Source: a virus (lineage: Duplodnaviria > Heunggongvirae > Uroviricota > Caudoviricetes). From it: a stretch of DNA of 64,000 bases. Of the stretch, positions 63,801-64,000 are shown piece after piece (positions within the stretch are counted from its first letter, which is position 1; each line of letters opens with the position of its first letter). A model generated the notes under the pieces. The model worked only from the letters and a program-made list of their open reading frames with translations. It had not been told where the DNA came from and made no database searches. The stretch is taken from positions 31,745 through 95,744 of the IMG/VR virus record IMGVR_UViG_3300028591_000080. One strand, 5' to 3'. The position numbers and the translations under genes are program-made.

Positions 63801-64000
63801 GCATTTAATTCTTTTTCTTTTGTTGTTCCATCAATATCAACATATTCTATTTTAAATATAATTGGAGTTGTTGTAATTCCATTTGTAGTAGTTACAGTAC
63901 CAGTACGTACACTTTTAACAGAATCACCTTTAGGACCTTTTAATTCATTAATATAACTAGAGAAATCTAAAGTAATTTCACCAATTTCTTTCTTTCCAGT
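60890..64000 (-). CDS. Large tail fibre protein with collagen-like and repeated 'GxGI' modules (5' end outside the window)
   Basis: The frame of 60890..62887 continues open upstream where checked. Contains GxY repeats and repeated G(R/N/T)GI..I modules. Confidence 0.75.
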   Translation of the reverse strand, partial: TGKKEIGEITLDFSSYINELKGPKGDSVKSVRTGTVTTTNGITTTPIIFKIEYVDIDGTTKEKELNALDITARDGRGISTVEKNPVYEGTKQYFDIVYDRPDDAGKSRKEKAFYIESPDQIELAFINKDKQLSNGTTEKQPALCWKYTLAASSDENWHFLCWKIDLYGRGITSISLKSKDDSDENYTISNLEVLYSDNSKSSLKVYAYKGKDGTGIGAIEEDPEYPVSERQHAYKILLDNDEHTELQKRIIVTDGEDGKDGREIELEVVNNEIVWRYVGGSNQSLVSLENLRGNGISNILTSDPVESADPNHLGWYEQTVTVKYTREADGTFKIFTKEGKKGETGNGIASITGPTTDGLIDTYTINYTDPTMDPTHFTVTNAKSITSIDAPAEIKTGSSEFNTYTINFNSGNPITFNVYNGEKGEKGTSIIRFESGTPSEESISGVTYTKTPINVTVNDSEIKLPFDVFAKQGIDGRGIVSITKNNTLSHDFVNVYDINFDNGESQINAFSINNGFGIKEVKLVGTFDPSSSAENKYRITYDDPNKTPYEFSIFNGAQGAKGDKGTSITKVSSIGTAFTTSESQTTIKVDYSDNQSSDTFIITAKNGSPISKVSLKENSQTTLESTYEAFYQDFQGNYIKAGEFTVYNGKSIEVAVRTINSEKVLAYNYTGETNYKTICKLEDLKGRGITNITPTETNTITEGNRVYTENKYRIDYSDGTNSTFTVKAEKGDKGDTGDTGAQGPKGDPGDKGDKGDTGDNIELRVDNEKLQWKTTSDDTWSDLDYNFNTDKILYTCAIPTTEKVGGIKANTTFNKTPVSDILFDMFHPYKPFTISSYDLQTSSNANINTSVEIGTERIASKLKITWTNGSKAVTTLKYKIGNGNEITYDGDLSNQSITINFDEAITLPNTSYSFTITLSDGETTITNTKTYTVMYNVYYTVMSDPSDLPDKATNLSIGNGTSITTQNNTYIVYFVPSSFNYSTIKEKTQLDASGWASLDTTSLGSISLENKAGYVSTYKVYKGPKMTANTGTYKIV
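61724..61810 (-). repeat. Collagen-like Gly-X-Y repeat
   Basis: GDKGDTGDTGAQGPKGDPGDKGDKGDTGD. Confidence 0.85.

Noticed and set aside
1-64000. Suppressor tRNA-Trp(TCA) or other tRNA genes
   Set aside because: No cloverleaf or T-loop (GTTCRA) pattern was recognised in the intergenic gaps. Such a gene may lie outside the window; tRNAscan-SE or ARAGORN would be needed.

Overview
This 64 kb, very AT-rich window is part of a large tailed dsDNA phage genome with T4-like head genes. The host is probably in Bacillota/Bacilli, inferred from RecU, a Bacillus-type ThyA and strong GGAGG Shine-Dalgarno sites. The phage reads TGA as a sense codon, almost certainly Trp (code 4). I traced 21 in-frame TGAs in 13 genes, including terminase, portal, prohead protease-scaffold, Mre11/SbcD and RecA. 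Every real gene end I checked is TAA or TAG, so many ORF-track fragments join into single genes. Layout: 1-23.7 kb (minus strand) holds head/packaging genes and acidic putative head-internal proteins, including a MoxR-AAA/HExxH peptidase/vWA trio and a nucleotidyltransferase. 23.8-32.1 kb (minus) holds topA, a degenerate peptide deformylase, a Mor-like regulator, a candidate late sigma factor and SbcC. An almost pure-AT divergence point sits at about 32.3 kb. 32.5-57.8 kb (plus) holds SbcD, ThyA, a putative DNA hypermodification cluster, a PD-(D/E)xK nuclease, dUTPase, a replisome with a split PolA and bacterial-type clamp/clamp loader, RecU, RecA and ribosomal protein bS21. 57.8-64 kb (minus) holds tail/fibre genes. 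Two recurrent promoter-like motifs (TGCTAAATTA and TTGTATWAT) separate structural from replication genes. The most notable items are the biased TGA recoding, the split PolA with an intein-like (Hint) remnant at the junction, and the modification cluster next to a late-type nuclease. All family calls are by motif recognition; no database searches were run.
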